DNA of 64,000 nucleotides from Candidatus Latescibacterota bacterium. GTDB taxonomy: Bacteria > Latescibacterota > UBA2968 > GCA-2709665. The stretch lies in contig OZ244744.1 in the NCBI GenBank assembly GCA_965219455.1, positions 4,960,001 through 5,024,000 of the forward strand, given 5' to 3'. The translations under genes and the position numbers were made by a program. Shown here piece by piece: positions 46,521-56,810 of this stretch. The notes beneath the pieces are model-generated. The model was not told the DNA's origin, made no database searches, and saw only the letters and a list, made by a program, of their open reading frames with translations. Position 1 is the stretch's first letter. Each line of letters starts with the position of its first letter.

Positions 46521-46775
46521 TCTTTCCGCGCCGACAATGGGCTCACACAAAGGCACGAAGACATATAGGAAACGCAGCGACCAGCCATCAGCATTCAGCG
46601 AGAAACCGACAGCAAAGAACCTGCGGGAGTCCTCTGCGATATATCCAAACGATTGGGCGGGCGGGACGCACGCATCTTAAGGTGTCCCAAAATGAGATAA
46701 TGAGACAGAGGGAAATGACCTCACAGACCCGGAGCACAACCGATCATCATTGGCCGGTTTCCACCGGTACCCTAC

Positions 46776-48425
46776 CTACGCCTTAATCTTTCCCGAATCC
46801 AGTTCCGCAAGGCAGGTTTTGACGACAACGTCACTGGTTGTCGCCTCCGCCGTGATAACCCGGGTGGCGCCTGCGGCTCGCAGCGAAATTTCGTCCATGT
46901 CGTAGAGGGTGCGCGCGACGATGGGGATGCCGGGCGCCACGGCGCGAATCGCACGGACGGCAATTTCGGTTGCACGGGTGTCATTAATGGTTACGACAAC
47001 CAGCCGCGCGTTTTTGCAGCCAAGGTCCTCGAGAACTTCCGTCCGGGTGACGTCGCCGTACACCGCCACGTCTCCCGCCGCTTTTGCCTTGTGGACATTG
47101 TCGACGTTCACGTCGACTGCAACACAGGCGAACCCCGCGTTTCGAGCCGCCCGACAGACTTCTCTGCCCGCCCGGCCGTACCCGGCGACGATAACATGGT
47201 CGCTGTACGGTTCGTGGGAATCGATTCCGGGAGGCTCGGCACCCAGAATCCGGTTGAGCCATGGGATTCGGCTGACGCCGAGCGCCAGGTGCGGGGCGAA
47301 TGCGATGGCCATGGGTGTGAGCAACATGGACAGGATGATCGCCACCAGGAGGTTGTGGGATAGTGTGGGATCGAGGAGGCTGGTTCCCGAGGCTGCCTTC
47401 AGAAGCACGAACGAAAACTCGCCGATCTGGCACAACGTGGCCGCGGACTGAATCGCTACGCGCAGCGGCAGCCGAAGCACGAGGCCCATTCCAAGCACGA
47501 TGGCGAATTTGCCCACGAGAATAATGGCGCAGAGCCCGAGCGTCGGCAGAAGGTGCGCGAACACTTCCGAAACGTCCAGCAGCATGCCCACGGAAACGAA
47601 GAACAGACTGGCGAAGGCTTCGCGCACGGGAATCAGGTCCGACATTGCCTGGTGACGAAACTCGCTTCCTGCGACGATCAGGCCCGCCAGGAACGCACCC
47701 AGCGCCAGCGAGAGTCCCGCCAGCGAAAGCGCCCAGGCAATTCCAAAACAGACGAGAAAGACGGTCAGAACAAATAATTCTCTCTCCCTCGTCCTGGCCA
47801 CGAATGCGAGTATAAACGGAACAACGCGGTTGGCTGCAACGAGCACACCTACCAGGATGGCGAGGCCTGTGGCGGCTGCCAACGCGATTTCCAGCGCCGA
47901 GCTTTCCTGTCCGGCCAGAAATGGCACAACGAGGATCATCGGAATCACGCACAGGTCCTGGAAGATCAGGATGCCAACGGCCAGGCGACCGTGCGGCGCA
48001 TCGAGTTCACCCCGCGCGGAAAGGCCTCGCAGGACAATGGCCGTGCTGGAAACGGCAACGATAAAGCCCAGAAACACCGCGTGGCCGGTCGCTAGACCGA
48101 ACCAGCCTGCGGCAATCGCGGTGCAAACGATGGTTGTCGCCACCTGAATCCCTCCGCCCAGCAGCACGGCTCTCCAGAGGCGCCGCATATGGCTCAGTGA
48201 GAGTTCCAGACCGATCCCGAAGAGCAGGAGGACGATTCCGATCTCTGCCAGCACCTCAACCTGGTGGGTGTCGTCCACGAGGCCCAGCGCCGTGGGTCCG
48301 GCCAGCATACCCGCCAGAATCAGCCCGGCGATCGGCGGGATCCCCGCGCGGCGCAGTACCGTAGCAACCAGGACAGCCGATCCGAGAACGATAATCAGAT
48401 CCTTGAGATAGTCGATTTCAGGCAC
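46776..48425 (-). CDS. CPA2/Kef-type cation:proton antiporter with TrkA-N domain
   Basis: AEIGIVLLLFGIGLE, SSTAIV, LIFQD, FFVSVGM, VIVAGYGRAG; GTG 48425 after GGAG. Confidence 0.92.
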   Translation of the reverse strand: MPEIDYLKDLIIVLGSAVLVATVLRRAGIPPIAGLILAGMLAGPTALGLVDDTHQVEVLAEIGIVLLLFGIGLELSLSHMRRLWRAVLLGGGIQVATTIVCTAIAAGWFGLATGHAVFLGFIVAVSSTAIVLRGLSARGELDAPHGRLAVGILIFQDLCVIPMILVVPFLAGQESSALEIALAAATGLAILVGVLVAANRVVPFILAFVARTRERELFVLTVFLVCFGIAWALSLAGLSLALGAFLAGLIVAGSEFRHQAMSDLIPVREAFASLFFVSVGMLLDVSEVFAHLLPTLGLCAIILVGKFAIVLGMGLVLRLPLRVAIQSAATLCQIGEFSFVLLKAASGTSLLDPTLSHNLLVAIILSMLLTPMAIAFAPHLALGVSRIPWLNRILGAEPPGIDSHEPYSDHVIVAGYGRAGREVCRAARNAGFACVAVDVNVDNVHKAKAAGDVAVYGDVTRTEVLEDLGCKNARLVVVTINDTRATEIAVRAIRAVAPGIPIVARTLYDMDEISLRAAGATRVITAEATTSDVVVKTCLAELDSGKIKA

Positions 48426-48882
48426 GCGTTTTAATCTCCAAAGTACATCAAAGGAGCCCTTGGCATCGATATCACACAGCCAATGGCGAATCCAGTTCAT
48501 CTTCGAACGGAAGCGGACCGGATATCGAAAGAGTACTGACTATATATGATCTCAACGGGTTCAGGTCAATTCCGAAGTTGGGTAAACGCCAAAAAAATCC
48601 GCGCCGATATCGGCCGTAAGGCGGATTTCGGCGCATTGAGAAACGTGTTGGAGATGCCAGGGGCGTTGCAGGCAGCCGCGACAGGCTTCGCCGCCAACCG
48701 TGCGCGCGAACAAAGAAAAGGCGGGGGACAATCTGGTTGGACGTGGGCTGGCGAGGGCCTGGGAAAAGGGTCCGTGCGATGTCCTGACGTAGCCGGACTT
48801 CCTTTGCAGAAGCAGACAGGAGAATTCAGCGCTTGTTGCGGACCTGTTTATGGACTATATTTGGACTGGAAAGGAGGCGCCC

Positions 48883-49158
48883 ATGAAACTGTCCAGCCAG
48901 ATTAAGCCGATCAGCTATCTCAAGGCCCACGCCTCGGAGATCGTGCGCACGCTCCGAGATCAGGGAGAACCTCTGGTCATCACTCAAAATGGCGAAGCCA
49001 AGGTGGTGCTACAGGATATCGACAGCTTTGAGGAGACGCAGGAGACGATGGCGCTGCTCAAGATTCTCGCACTGGGCAACCGGCAGATCGAGGCCGGCCA
49101 GGTGGAACCCGCGGCGGACGTGATCGCGCGGCTCCGGGAGCGGAAACGGGATCGCTGA
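48883..49158 (+). CDS. Phd/YefM family antitoxin
   Basis: IKPISYLKAHA...PLVITQNGEAKVV; GGAGG SD. Confidence 0.92.
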   Translation: MKLSSQIKPISYLKAHASEIVRTLRDQGEPLVITQNGEAKVVLQDIDSFEETQETMALLKILALGNRQIEAGQVEPAADVIARLRERKRDR

Positions 49159-49484
49159 TGTCCTTTCGCGTTCAGTTGACCGATGACGCCGCCCGCGACC
49201 TGGAAGCAATCTGCGACTATATCGACCGACACGATTCGCCGGCCCGAGCGGATCACGTGCTGGAACGGATCGAAAGGACGTTCCAGGCCCTGTCCGAGCA
49301 TCCGCAGCGTGGGAGCTATCCGAGGGAGTTGCTCGACGTCGGGGTGCGCGAGTACCGGGAGGTCTTCTTCAAGCCCTACCGCATCATCTATCGGGTGATC
49401 GGCGATACGGTCTTTGTGCTCGTCATCGCGGATGGGCGGCGTGACATGCAGACATTGCTGCAGCGGCGCCTGCTGCAAGCTTGA
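49158..49484 (+). CDS. RelE/ParE family toxin
   Basis: AARDLEAICDYI, PYRIIYRV, IADGRRDM; TGATG coupling. Confidence 0.92.
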   Translation: MSFRVQLTDDAARDLEAICDYIDRHDSPARADHVLERIERTFQALSEHPQRGSYPRELLDVGVREYREVFFKPYRIIYRVIGDTVFVLVIADGRRDMQTLLQRRLLQA

Positions 49485-49500
49485 GACATTCCCGGATACG

Positions 49501-49536
49501 ACAAGACCCCGCAGGCATTTTGCCGCGGGGTCTTGT
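49501..49536. terminator. Hairpin between the convergent parE and tRNA-Asn genes
   Basis: ACAAGACCCCGC-N12-GCGGGGTCTTGT. Confidence 0.6.
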
Positions 49537-49570
49537 GTTGGAATGCAATGGGCAGGGAGACTAAAAAAAA

Positions 49571-49646
49571 TGGCTCCGGCGGTAGGACTCGAACCTACGA
49601 CCTAGTGGTTAACAGCCACCCGCTCTGCCAGCTGAGCTACGCCGGA
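49571..49646 (-). tRNA. tRNA-Asn (GTT)
   Basis: TCCGGCGTAGCTCAGCTGGCAGAGC...CTGTTAA...GGTTCGAGTCC...GCCGGAGCCA, 76 nt, encoded CCA. Confidence 0.97.
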
Positions 49647-49879
49647 ACCCTGTAATCCAAGAGCGGGAAGAACTTACCACAAGGGGATTGTGGTGTCAAG
49701 CACAAAATCGGCTAAAGCCGCCCTCGTCGCCGCAGTGAAATGGACGGTTTCGCGCGTTCATGAAGGCGAGGTCGCGGATGGCGTTTGTGTACCCGGATTC
49801 GGCCTTGACATCATGCCGGGGGCGGTCTATTTTGGGGCCTTGTTTTTGGAGACAGTGAACCCCTTTGTCCGGAGATGAA

Positions 49880-51190
49880 ATGAATCCGATTGCAGCGCAG
49901 ATCTTGAAGCGATTGCGGCGGTCTGGCAGCATCGGAGATGCGCCGTTACCGGATGAGTTCGTGTGGCCGGCGTACGACGGGTACAGCGTGGCGAACGTCG
50001 CGCCCACGGTGCTGCGGCATTTCGGCATCGGAGGGGTCAGGTCGCCGGCGCTGGCCGCGGAGGTGGTGGGCGGCGAACTGGAGGGCGCCGGGAAACTGGT
50101 GATTATGCTGGCGGATGCCCTGGGCTATCTCACGTTGACCCGGGTGATGGAATCCGGTCCGGTGCCGGGGTTCCGGACGCTGGCGGACCGCGGGAGGTTC
50201 GTGCCGCTCACGTCGGTTTTTCCATCCACCACGGCGTCGGTGCTTTCGTCGTTTCACACGGGGCTGCCTCCGGCCGGACATGGCATCGCGGGATACCGGA
50301 TGTACCTGCCGGACAGAGGATACGTGGCGAATATGATCCGGTTGAGTCCGGAGGTGGACGAACGTCTCGGCCGGATGTTGCCAAACAGCGGAGACGCCCG
50401 GGAATTGCTGGGCGTGCCCACTGTGCACAGGCTCTTGACGGGGGCGGGGGTGTCATCCTATTGCCTGATTCATCGCTCGTTGGCGCACAGCGGCCTGTCC
50501 GAGATGTTGTACGACGGCGCCACCGACGTAATTCCGTTCGTGAATGCGTCGGATCTGTTCATCCAGGTTCGAAGAATGGTGACCACGGATCCGGGTCAGT
50601 CGGCGTGTATCTGGCTCTACACGGATACGCTGGATACGATTCAGCACCGGTACGGCGCCGGCGGGGAAGAACCCGCGGGAGAGATCTGCAGTCTGGGCTA
50701 CTCGTTAGAAAGAGAACTGATTGCGCCTCTCGACGGACAGAAAGTGAGCGCCGCCTTCATGCTTCTCGCGGACCACGGGCACATTCAGGTCGACGAGACG
50801 GATATCGTGCCCGTTGTCACGCTGGAGGGGCTGGAGGGCCGGCTCGCGGCGCCGCCAACCGGGACGGCGCGGTCGGCGTATTTCCACGTGCGCGACGGTG
50901 CGACGCAAGAAGTAAAATCCGCCCTGAAGCGCGGGTTGGCGGACCGGGCATGTGTTGTGGAAACCGAGCGCGCGCTCGCCGATGGCCTGTGGGGGGAGGG
51001 GCCGCGCGCGGCGGGACTTTCCGGCAGGATCGGCGATCTCCTTGCGCTGATGCTTGGTAGCACGACTCTGTTCCACGCGTACAGGGACGACGCCAGGCCC
51101 TCCGACCTCGTTGGCGGCCGTCACGGCGGGTTGCACGAGCGGGAAATGCTGGTGCCCTTCTTTGCGATGAAGTTGGGCGCCGCAGGATGA
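49880..51190 (+). CDS. Alkaline phosphatase superfamily (nucleotide pyrophosphatase/phosphodiesterase-like) protein
   Basis: LADALG, SVFPSTT, DTIQH, ADHGH, GRHGGL...EMLVP. Confidence 0.88.
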   Translation: MNPIAAQILKRLRRSGSIGDAPLPDEFVWPAYDGYSVANVAPTVLRHFGIGGVRSPALAAEVVGGELEGAGKLVIMLADALGYLTLTRVMESGPVPGFRTLADRGRFVPLTSVFPSTTASVLSSFHTGLPPAGHGIAGYRMYLPDRGYVANMIRLSPEVDERLGRMLPNSGDARELLGVPTVHRLLTGAGVSSYCLIHRSLAHSGLSEMLYDGATDVIPFVNASDLFIQVRRMVTTDPGQSACIWLYTDTLDTIQHRYGAGGEEPAGEICSLGYSLERELIAPLDGQKVSAAFMLLADHGHIQVDETDIVPVVTLEGLEGRLAAPPTGTARSAYFHVRDGATQEVKSALKRGLADRACVVETERALADGLWGEGPRAAGLSGRIGDLLALMLGSTTLFHAYRDDARPSDLVGGRHGGLHEREMLVPFFAMKLGAAG

Positions 51191-51268
51191 CTCTTTCCAA
51201 TTGAAAGTCCGGAGGGTCTTTGTTCTGGAAACGCCCGTGCGGCAAACCGCCGTACCAGCGGAAAATAG

Positions 51269-51297
51269 TTGACGCCAAACCCGTAAACCGGTATTAT
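51269..51297 (+). promoter_or_regulatory. Sigma70-like promoter of tadA / tRNA-Ser
   Basis: TTGACG-N17-TATTAT. Confidence 0.6.
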
Positions 51298-51342
51298 TGT
51301 CCGGCTATTTAGAGGCTTTTCGGTAGACGATTTTTCGCTTGG

Positions 51343-51819
51343 ATGGTGCGCGAATTGACGGATGCGGACGAAGGCGGAATGCAACTGGCGCTTGCCGAGG
51401 CCCGTTGCGCCGGCGATGCCGGTGAAGTGCCGGTCGGGGCGGTGATTCTTCAGAACGGAACGGTGGTCGGGCGGGGGCAGAACCGCATTCTGAGAGATAG
51501 CGATCCCACGGCGCACGCGGAGATGTTGGCCATTCGTTCCGCAACGGCGGGCACGGGAATGAAGTGGCTTGCCGAATGCGTGGTCTACGTCACCCTGGAG
51601 CCGTGCGCGATGTGTGCGGGCGCGCTCGTGCTGGCGCGGGTATCCCGCCTGGTGATCGGTGCCGACGACCCGAAAACTGGCGCCTGCGGTTCGCTCCGGA
51701 ACGTTGTCGATGACCCCAGACTCAACCATAGGATCGACGTTCGTCGAGGCGTGCTCGAAGAACCCTGTTCGGAGATGTTGAAACAGTTCTTTCAAAATCT
51801 GCGCCGGAAAGACGCGTGA
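51343..51819 (+). CDS. tadA: tRNA adenosine(34) deaminase TadA
   Basis: GEVPVGAV, DPTAHAE, TLEPCAMCAGA, DPKTGA, LNH. Confidence 0.93.
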   Translation: MVRELTDADEGGMQLALAEARCAGDAGEVPVGAVILQNGTVVGRGQNRILRDSDPTAHAEMLAIRSATAGTGMKWLAECVVYVTLEPCAMCAGALVLARVSRLVIGADDPKTGACGSLRNVVDDPRLNHRIDVRRGVLEEPCSEMLKQFFQNLRRKDA

Positions 51820-51876
51820 CGCAACGCCGGAAGTCGGTGTCGCGAACGGATTTCGGGCGTGTCCCCGCATTTGTGC

Positions 51877-51967
<91 letters not shown>

Positions 51968-52038
51968 ATAATCCTTGCAAAGTATTCATTCTAGACGCGT
52001 TATGCGGATTCGTAGATCATACAGTATCCTTTCTATGC

Positions 52039-52418
52039 TCAATTACGGACGGGCGTGGCGGGTTCGCTCAGCTTTCCGCTCATGGTAGCATCCGCGCCCG
52101 ACGCTTTCTTCCACCGCCGGCGGCCGATCTTCGTCATCTTCTTGATCGCGAGATCGGAGAACCGTTTCTGACCCCCGGGTTGACCAGACGGCGGCGGTCG
52201 CCACGCGTCCCTCGCGTCGCCAGAGAGCCACAGCGTCACATCGCCGCGCTGCACGAGCGCTCGTTCGTACGCCCGCCAATTCCCAACGCGATAACTGGTC
52301 TTGTACTTCGGATGAATCCTCGACTTCATGGCGAGATCGTGCACCGTCGGCCGTCAATAAGACGAGCGGATCGGCGATCGCCTACCGGAGCGCGGCGGCG
52401 GAGCGGTGCACCAACGCC
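52039..52418 (-). mobile_element. IS5 family (IS903-group-like) remnant, internally deleted
   Basis: YRVGNWRAYERALVQRGDVTLW...FSDLAI joined directly to GRRRWKKASG; end-like GGCGTTGGTGCA at 52407-52418. Confidence 0.8.
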
Positions 52419-52590
52419 TCTTATACGGGGTTTTGCCCGATAATGCAGCTGCCTCGCCTTATGAAATGGATGCTGCTCTTGACCGTATCGGAAATGCGGA
52501 ACCCGGACTGAAGCGGGACAATAACCTGGTCGAACTCAAACGGAAATGGAACTCGCGTTGAAGCTCGCCAATTGACCGTCCGCCGACGTC

Positions 52591-52692
52591 CTGCGGGGCA
52601 TCAGCGGCGAGATCGCGCACGCGGACACGTTCGACAACGACCGCAGCCGTGCCGGCATAAGGGCCGACTACATGCTCGCCAATCCGCCCTAC
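52591..52692 (+). pseudogene. Relic of a type I RM methyltransferase (HsdM)
   Basis: Manual translation LRGISGEIAHADTFDNDR...ADYMLANPPY resembles the HsdM segment ending in motif IV. Confidence 0.65.
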
Positions 52693-52715
52693 GCAAACTT
52701 CGCCCAGGTGCAGCG

Positions 52716-55634
52716 ATGCAGTTGACGCTCACCCCTCACCACGCCAAGTACTTCGCCCACGACCTGACGCGTCGTGCCGCCAGCGGAATGGACCGCCTGT
52801 CGATGGCGCTGTTTGATGCGGCCGTTGACCTGAACCCGCATCAGATCGAGGCATCGCTCTTCGCCCTGCAATCGCCTCTCTCCAAGGGTGTCATCCTGGC
52901 CGACGAGGTTGGCCTCGGGAAGACGATCGAGGCGGGAATTGTGCTGTGCCAGTTATGGGCGGAACGTAAGCGCCGTCTGCTGGTGATCTGCCCAGCTTCC
53001 ATCCGCAAGCAGTGGGCGCTGGAGCTGGAGGAGAAGTTCAATTTACCCGTGCGGGTGCTCGACGCGAAGGTCTATCGCGAAGCCAAGCAGAGCGGCCAAA
53101 CCCCGCTTGGCACAAATGCCGTCGTCGTCATGTCGCACCACTATGCGAACCGCCTGCGCGAGGAACTCAAGACGGTTGCCTGGGACTTGGTCGTCATCGA
53201 CGAAGCCCACAAGCTGCGCAACGCGTACCGTCCGAGCAATAAGGTTGGTCAGGGAATACGCTGGGCCACGGAGGACTGTCGCAAACTGCTTCTGACCGCG
53301 ACGCCGCTGCAGAACTCACTCCTTGAGCTGTACGGCCTCTCGACACTCATCGACGAGCGCCTCTTCGGCGATGTCAACTCGTTCCGGTCTCAGTACGCCA
53401 GTGCAGGCAGCAATCTCGAAGCCCTACGGCAACGGCTTTCGGTCTTTTGCAAGCGTACCCTCCGCAACGAGGTGATGGAGTACATCCGATACACGGAGCG
53501 GCGCCCGATCACGCGGCCATTCAAGCCGACGGACGAGGAACACGCGCTCTACGAGGCGGTCTCCGGCTTTCTTCAGCGAGAGGACAGCTTCGCACTCCCC
53601 CAGAGGCAGAGGCATCTCACTGCCTTGATTCTACGGAAGTTGCTCGCCTCGTCGTCGCAGGCCATTGCTGCCACGCTCGACACACTGCGGGTACGTCTTG
53701 AGACGCTGCGTGACGAACAGGCGAGCAGCGATCCCGAGTTCACGGAGCAGCTCATCGAGGCCGAGGAAATCGAGGACGATCTGCTCGACGAGATCCTCGC
53801 GGAGAGCGAGGACGCTGACCAGCCCCCCGCGCATCCGGTCGCCATCGACCGGCAGAAGCTGCGAGAGGAGATCGGCGTCCTCCAGCGTCTCGCCACTTGG
53901 GCGCGCGCCATCGGAATCGACACCAAGACCCAGGCGCTACTCAAGGCGCTGGAGATCGGTTTCGAGCAGATGGTCACGACGGGCGCCGCGCGCAAGGCGC
54001 TGATCTTCACCGAGTCACGTCGGACCCAGGAGTACCTGAAGGGCTTCCTCGAATCGCATGGCTACCGGGGGCAGGTCGTTCTCTTCAACGGCACGAATGG
54101 CGGGCCGGAGGCCACCGCGATCTACCAGCGCTGGGCAGAAGAGAACCGCGACACCGGCCGTGCCTCAGGCTCGCGGGCGGTGGACGTACGCACGGCGCTC
54201 ATCGAGCAGTTCCGGGACGAGGCGACCATCCTGCTCGCCACCGAGGCAGCGGCGGAGGGCATCAACCTCCAGTTCTGCTCGCTTGTCGTGAACTACGACC
54301 TGCCCTGGAACCCGCAGCGCATCGAGCAGCGCATCGGCCGCTGCCACCGCTACGGACAGAAGCACGACGTGGTCGTGATCAACTTCCTGAATGAACGCAA
54401 CGACGCGGACCGCCGCGTCCTGGAGCTCTTAACCGAGAAGTTCAGCCTCTTCAACGGTGTCTTCGGCGCTTCGGACGAGGTGCTCGGCAGCATCGAATCG
54501 GGTGTCGATTTCGAAAAGCGCATCTTGGCTATCTACCAGGAGTGTCGAACGCCCGAAGAGATCGACGCCGCCTTCCGCACGCTGCAAGCCGAGATGGACG
54601 AGCAGATCCGAACGCGGCTCGACGACACCCGGCGCACGCTCTTCGAGCACTTCGACGAGGACGTGCACCAGCGGCTCCGCCTCCAGCTTGCCGACGCCCA
54701 GGCCCAGCTCGACCGCGTGGGTAGGCGGTTCTGGTCGCTCACGCGCTTCATGCTCGATGGGCGGGCACGGTTCGACGACGTGGTATTGGCCTTCCATCTG
54801 GAGCACCCGCCCCGTCCCGAGATCCTTAAAGGGCGATACCACCTGATCTCGAAGTCGCATCCCAAGTCTGGAACAGTCGCCGATGAGGACGGCGACGAGA
54901 CCCAGGGTGTCTTCCTGTATCGCTTAGCGCACCCGCTCGGCGAGCATGTCGTGGACGGTGCAAAAGCGCTTTCCACCCCGCCCGAGCGGATTGTCTTCGA
55001 CGTGACCAGCCATCCGACGCGTCTCCACGTGATCGAGGCGCTACGCGGGAAAGCCGGTTATCTGACCCTGACTCGTCTTACCATTGACTCCTACGAGCGG
55101 GAGGAGTACCTGCTCTTCTCCGGTTTCGATGAGGCCGGAGTGTCGCTCGACCAGGAGACGATGGAGAAGCTGTTCGGTTGTGCAGGCCAAATCGCCCCTG
55201 ATAGGGACGGCGAAGGCACGATCCCGGCTGCGGTGACACAACGCCTCGACGGCGACTCCCAGCGCCACACGCGGGCCACGGTAAGCCGCTCGCTGGAGCA
55301 GAACAACACGCATTTCAACGAGGCGCGCGAGAAGCTCGAAAGGTGGGCTGACGACATGGTGCTCTCGGCGGAGAAGGCGCTCATGGACACCAAAGAGCAG
55401 ATCAAGGCTTTGCGCCGTCAGGCGCGGCAGGCGGCCACGCTCGCCGAGCAGCACGAGATTCAGGAGAAGATCCAGAAGCTCGAGCGCCAGCAACGCCGCC
55501 AGCGCCAGGAGATCTTCAAGGCCGAGGACCAGATCATCGAGAAGCGCGACCAACTCATCGACTCGCTGGAGCGCCGGCTGGCACAGCGAGTCGAAACGGA
55601 GACACTTTTCACCATCCGCTGGGCGGTCGTGTAG
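52716..55634 (+). CDS. SNF2/RapA-like helicase with C-terminal coiled coil
   Basis: LADEVGLGKT, DEAH, LTATP, EGINLQ, NYDLPWNP, QRIGRCHR; ATG 52716. Confidence 0.92.
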   Translation: MQLTLTPHHAKYFAHDLTRRAASGMDRLSMALFDAAVDLNPHQIEASLFALQSPLSKGVILADEVGLGKTIEAGIVLCQLWAERKRRLLVICPASIRKQWALELEEKFNLPVRVLDAKVYREAKQSGQTPLGTNAVVVMSHHYANRLREELKTVAWDLVVIDEAHKLRNAYRPSNKVGQGIRWATEDCRKLLLTATPLQNSLLELYGLSTLIDERLFGDVNSFRSQYASAGSNLEALRQRLSVFCKRTLRNEVMEYIRYTERRPITRPFKPTDEEHALYEAVSGFLQREDSFALPQRQRHLTALILRKLLASSSQAIAATLDTLRVRLETLRDEQASSDPEFTEQLIEAEEIEDDLLDEILAESEDADQPPAHPVAIDRQKLREEIGVLQRLATWARAIGIDTKTQALLKALEIGFEQMVTTGAARKALIFTESRRTQEYLKGFLESHGYRGQVVLFNGTNGGPEATAIYQRWAEENRDTGRASGSRAVDVRTALIEQFRDEATILLATEAAAEGINLQFCSLVVNYDLPWNPQRIEQRIGRCHRYGQKHDVVVINFLNERNDADRRVLELLTEKFSLFNGVFGASDEVLGSIESGVDFEKRILAIYQECRTPEEIDAAFRTLQAEMDEQIRTRLDDTRRTLFEHFDEDVHQRLRLQLADAQAQLDRVGRRFWSLTRFMLDGRARFDDVVLAFHLEHPPRPEILKGRYHLISKSHPKSGTVADEDGDETQGVFLYRLAHPLGEHVVDGAKALSTPPERIVFDVTSHPTRLHVIEALRGKAGYLTLTRLTIDSYEREEYLLFSGFDEAGVSLDQETMEKLFGCAGQIAPDRDGEGTIPAAVTQRLDGDSQRHTRATVSRSLEQNNTHFNEAREKLERWADDMVLSAEKALMDTKEQIKALRRQARQAATLAEQHEIQEKIQKLERQQRRQRQEIFKAEDQIIEKRDQLIDSLERRLAQRVETETLFTIRWAVV

Positions 55635-56810
55635 TGGCGCGCTCCATCAACGAACGACAAGGGACGGAGATCGGATGAGCCAGAAGTACGAGAAGCTGAA
55701 AACGCTGCTGAAGGAGCTGTTCCAGCTCGACCAACCCGACCTGGATTTCGGCCTCTACCGCGTGCTGCACGCCAAGAGTGCCGAGGTGTTGCAGTTCCTG
55801 GACAAGGACCTGCTGCCGCAGGTGCGGGCGGCCTTCAGCCAATATAAGACCGCTGACAAGGCGGAGCTGGAGAAGGAACTGTCGAAGGTGATCGCGGGCG
55901 TCGAGGCGGCGGGAATGAATCCGGACGACTCGCCCAAGGTCAAGGACCTGCGCGCCCGGCTCAAGAGCGACGCGGTGGACATCGGCGCGCTGGAGAGCGA
56001 GGTCTACGACCACCTGTTCAGCTTCTTCCGCCGCTACTACTCCGAGGGCGACTTTCTCGCTAAGCGGGTCTACAAGCTGGGCGTCTACGCCATCCCCTAC
56101 GAGGGCGAGGAGGTCACGCTCCACTGGGCCAACAAGGACCAGTACTACATTAAGACCACCGAGTACCTGCGCGACTACGCTTTCCGCCTGAAGCCGGACG
56201 ACGACCAGAGGCCCATGCGCGTACACTTCAGGCTGGCAGACGCCGCCGAGGGCGAGCACGGCAACGTCAAGGCCGTCGAGGGCAAGGACCGCGTATTCAT
56301 TCTGGCGGCGCCGGGCGGATGTGGCCGCGACTTTATCGCAGAGGAAAACGGTGGGCAGGGCAAGGAACTCGTCATCTGCTTCGAGTACCGCCCGGCGACT
56401 CTTACCGACTGGCCCGACGACGAACGCCACGGAAAGAAGAAGCCCCCTGTCCAGACGGACCTGATCGCGGCCGCCGCCACGCGCGTTCTGGCCGTGGCCG
56501 ACGCCGCATTGATGCCGTGGATCGCCGAGCTGGGCAAGCAGCACGTCATGGCGAGCGGCGAGTTGGGCGAATACAGCCGCCTGGATGCGCACCTCAAGCG
56601 GTACGTTGCTCGCAACACCTTCGACTACTTCATTCACAAGGACCTCGGGACTTTCCTCCGCCGGGAGTTGGACTTCTACATCAAGAACGAAATCATGCAC
56701 CTGGACGACCTGGAGAACGAGTCCGCGCCGCGCGTCGAGCAGTATCTCTCCAAGATCAAGGTCATCCGCAAGATCGCGGGCAAGATCATCGCCTTCCTTG
56801 CGCAACTAGA

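Noticed and set aside
49880-51190. PglZ / BREX component
   Set aside because: No other BREX genes nearby; sits in core context between a tRNA and tadA
52572-52715. N-terminal extension of the SNF2 helicase
   Set aside because: The region encodes an HsdM relic in another frame; ATG 52716 preferred
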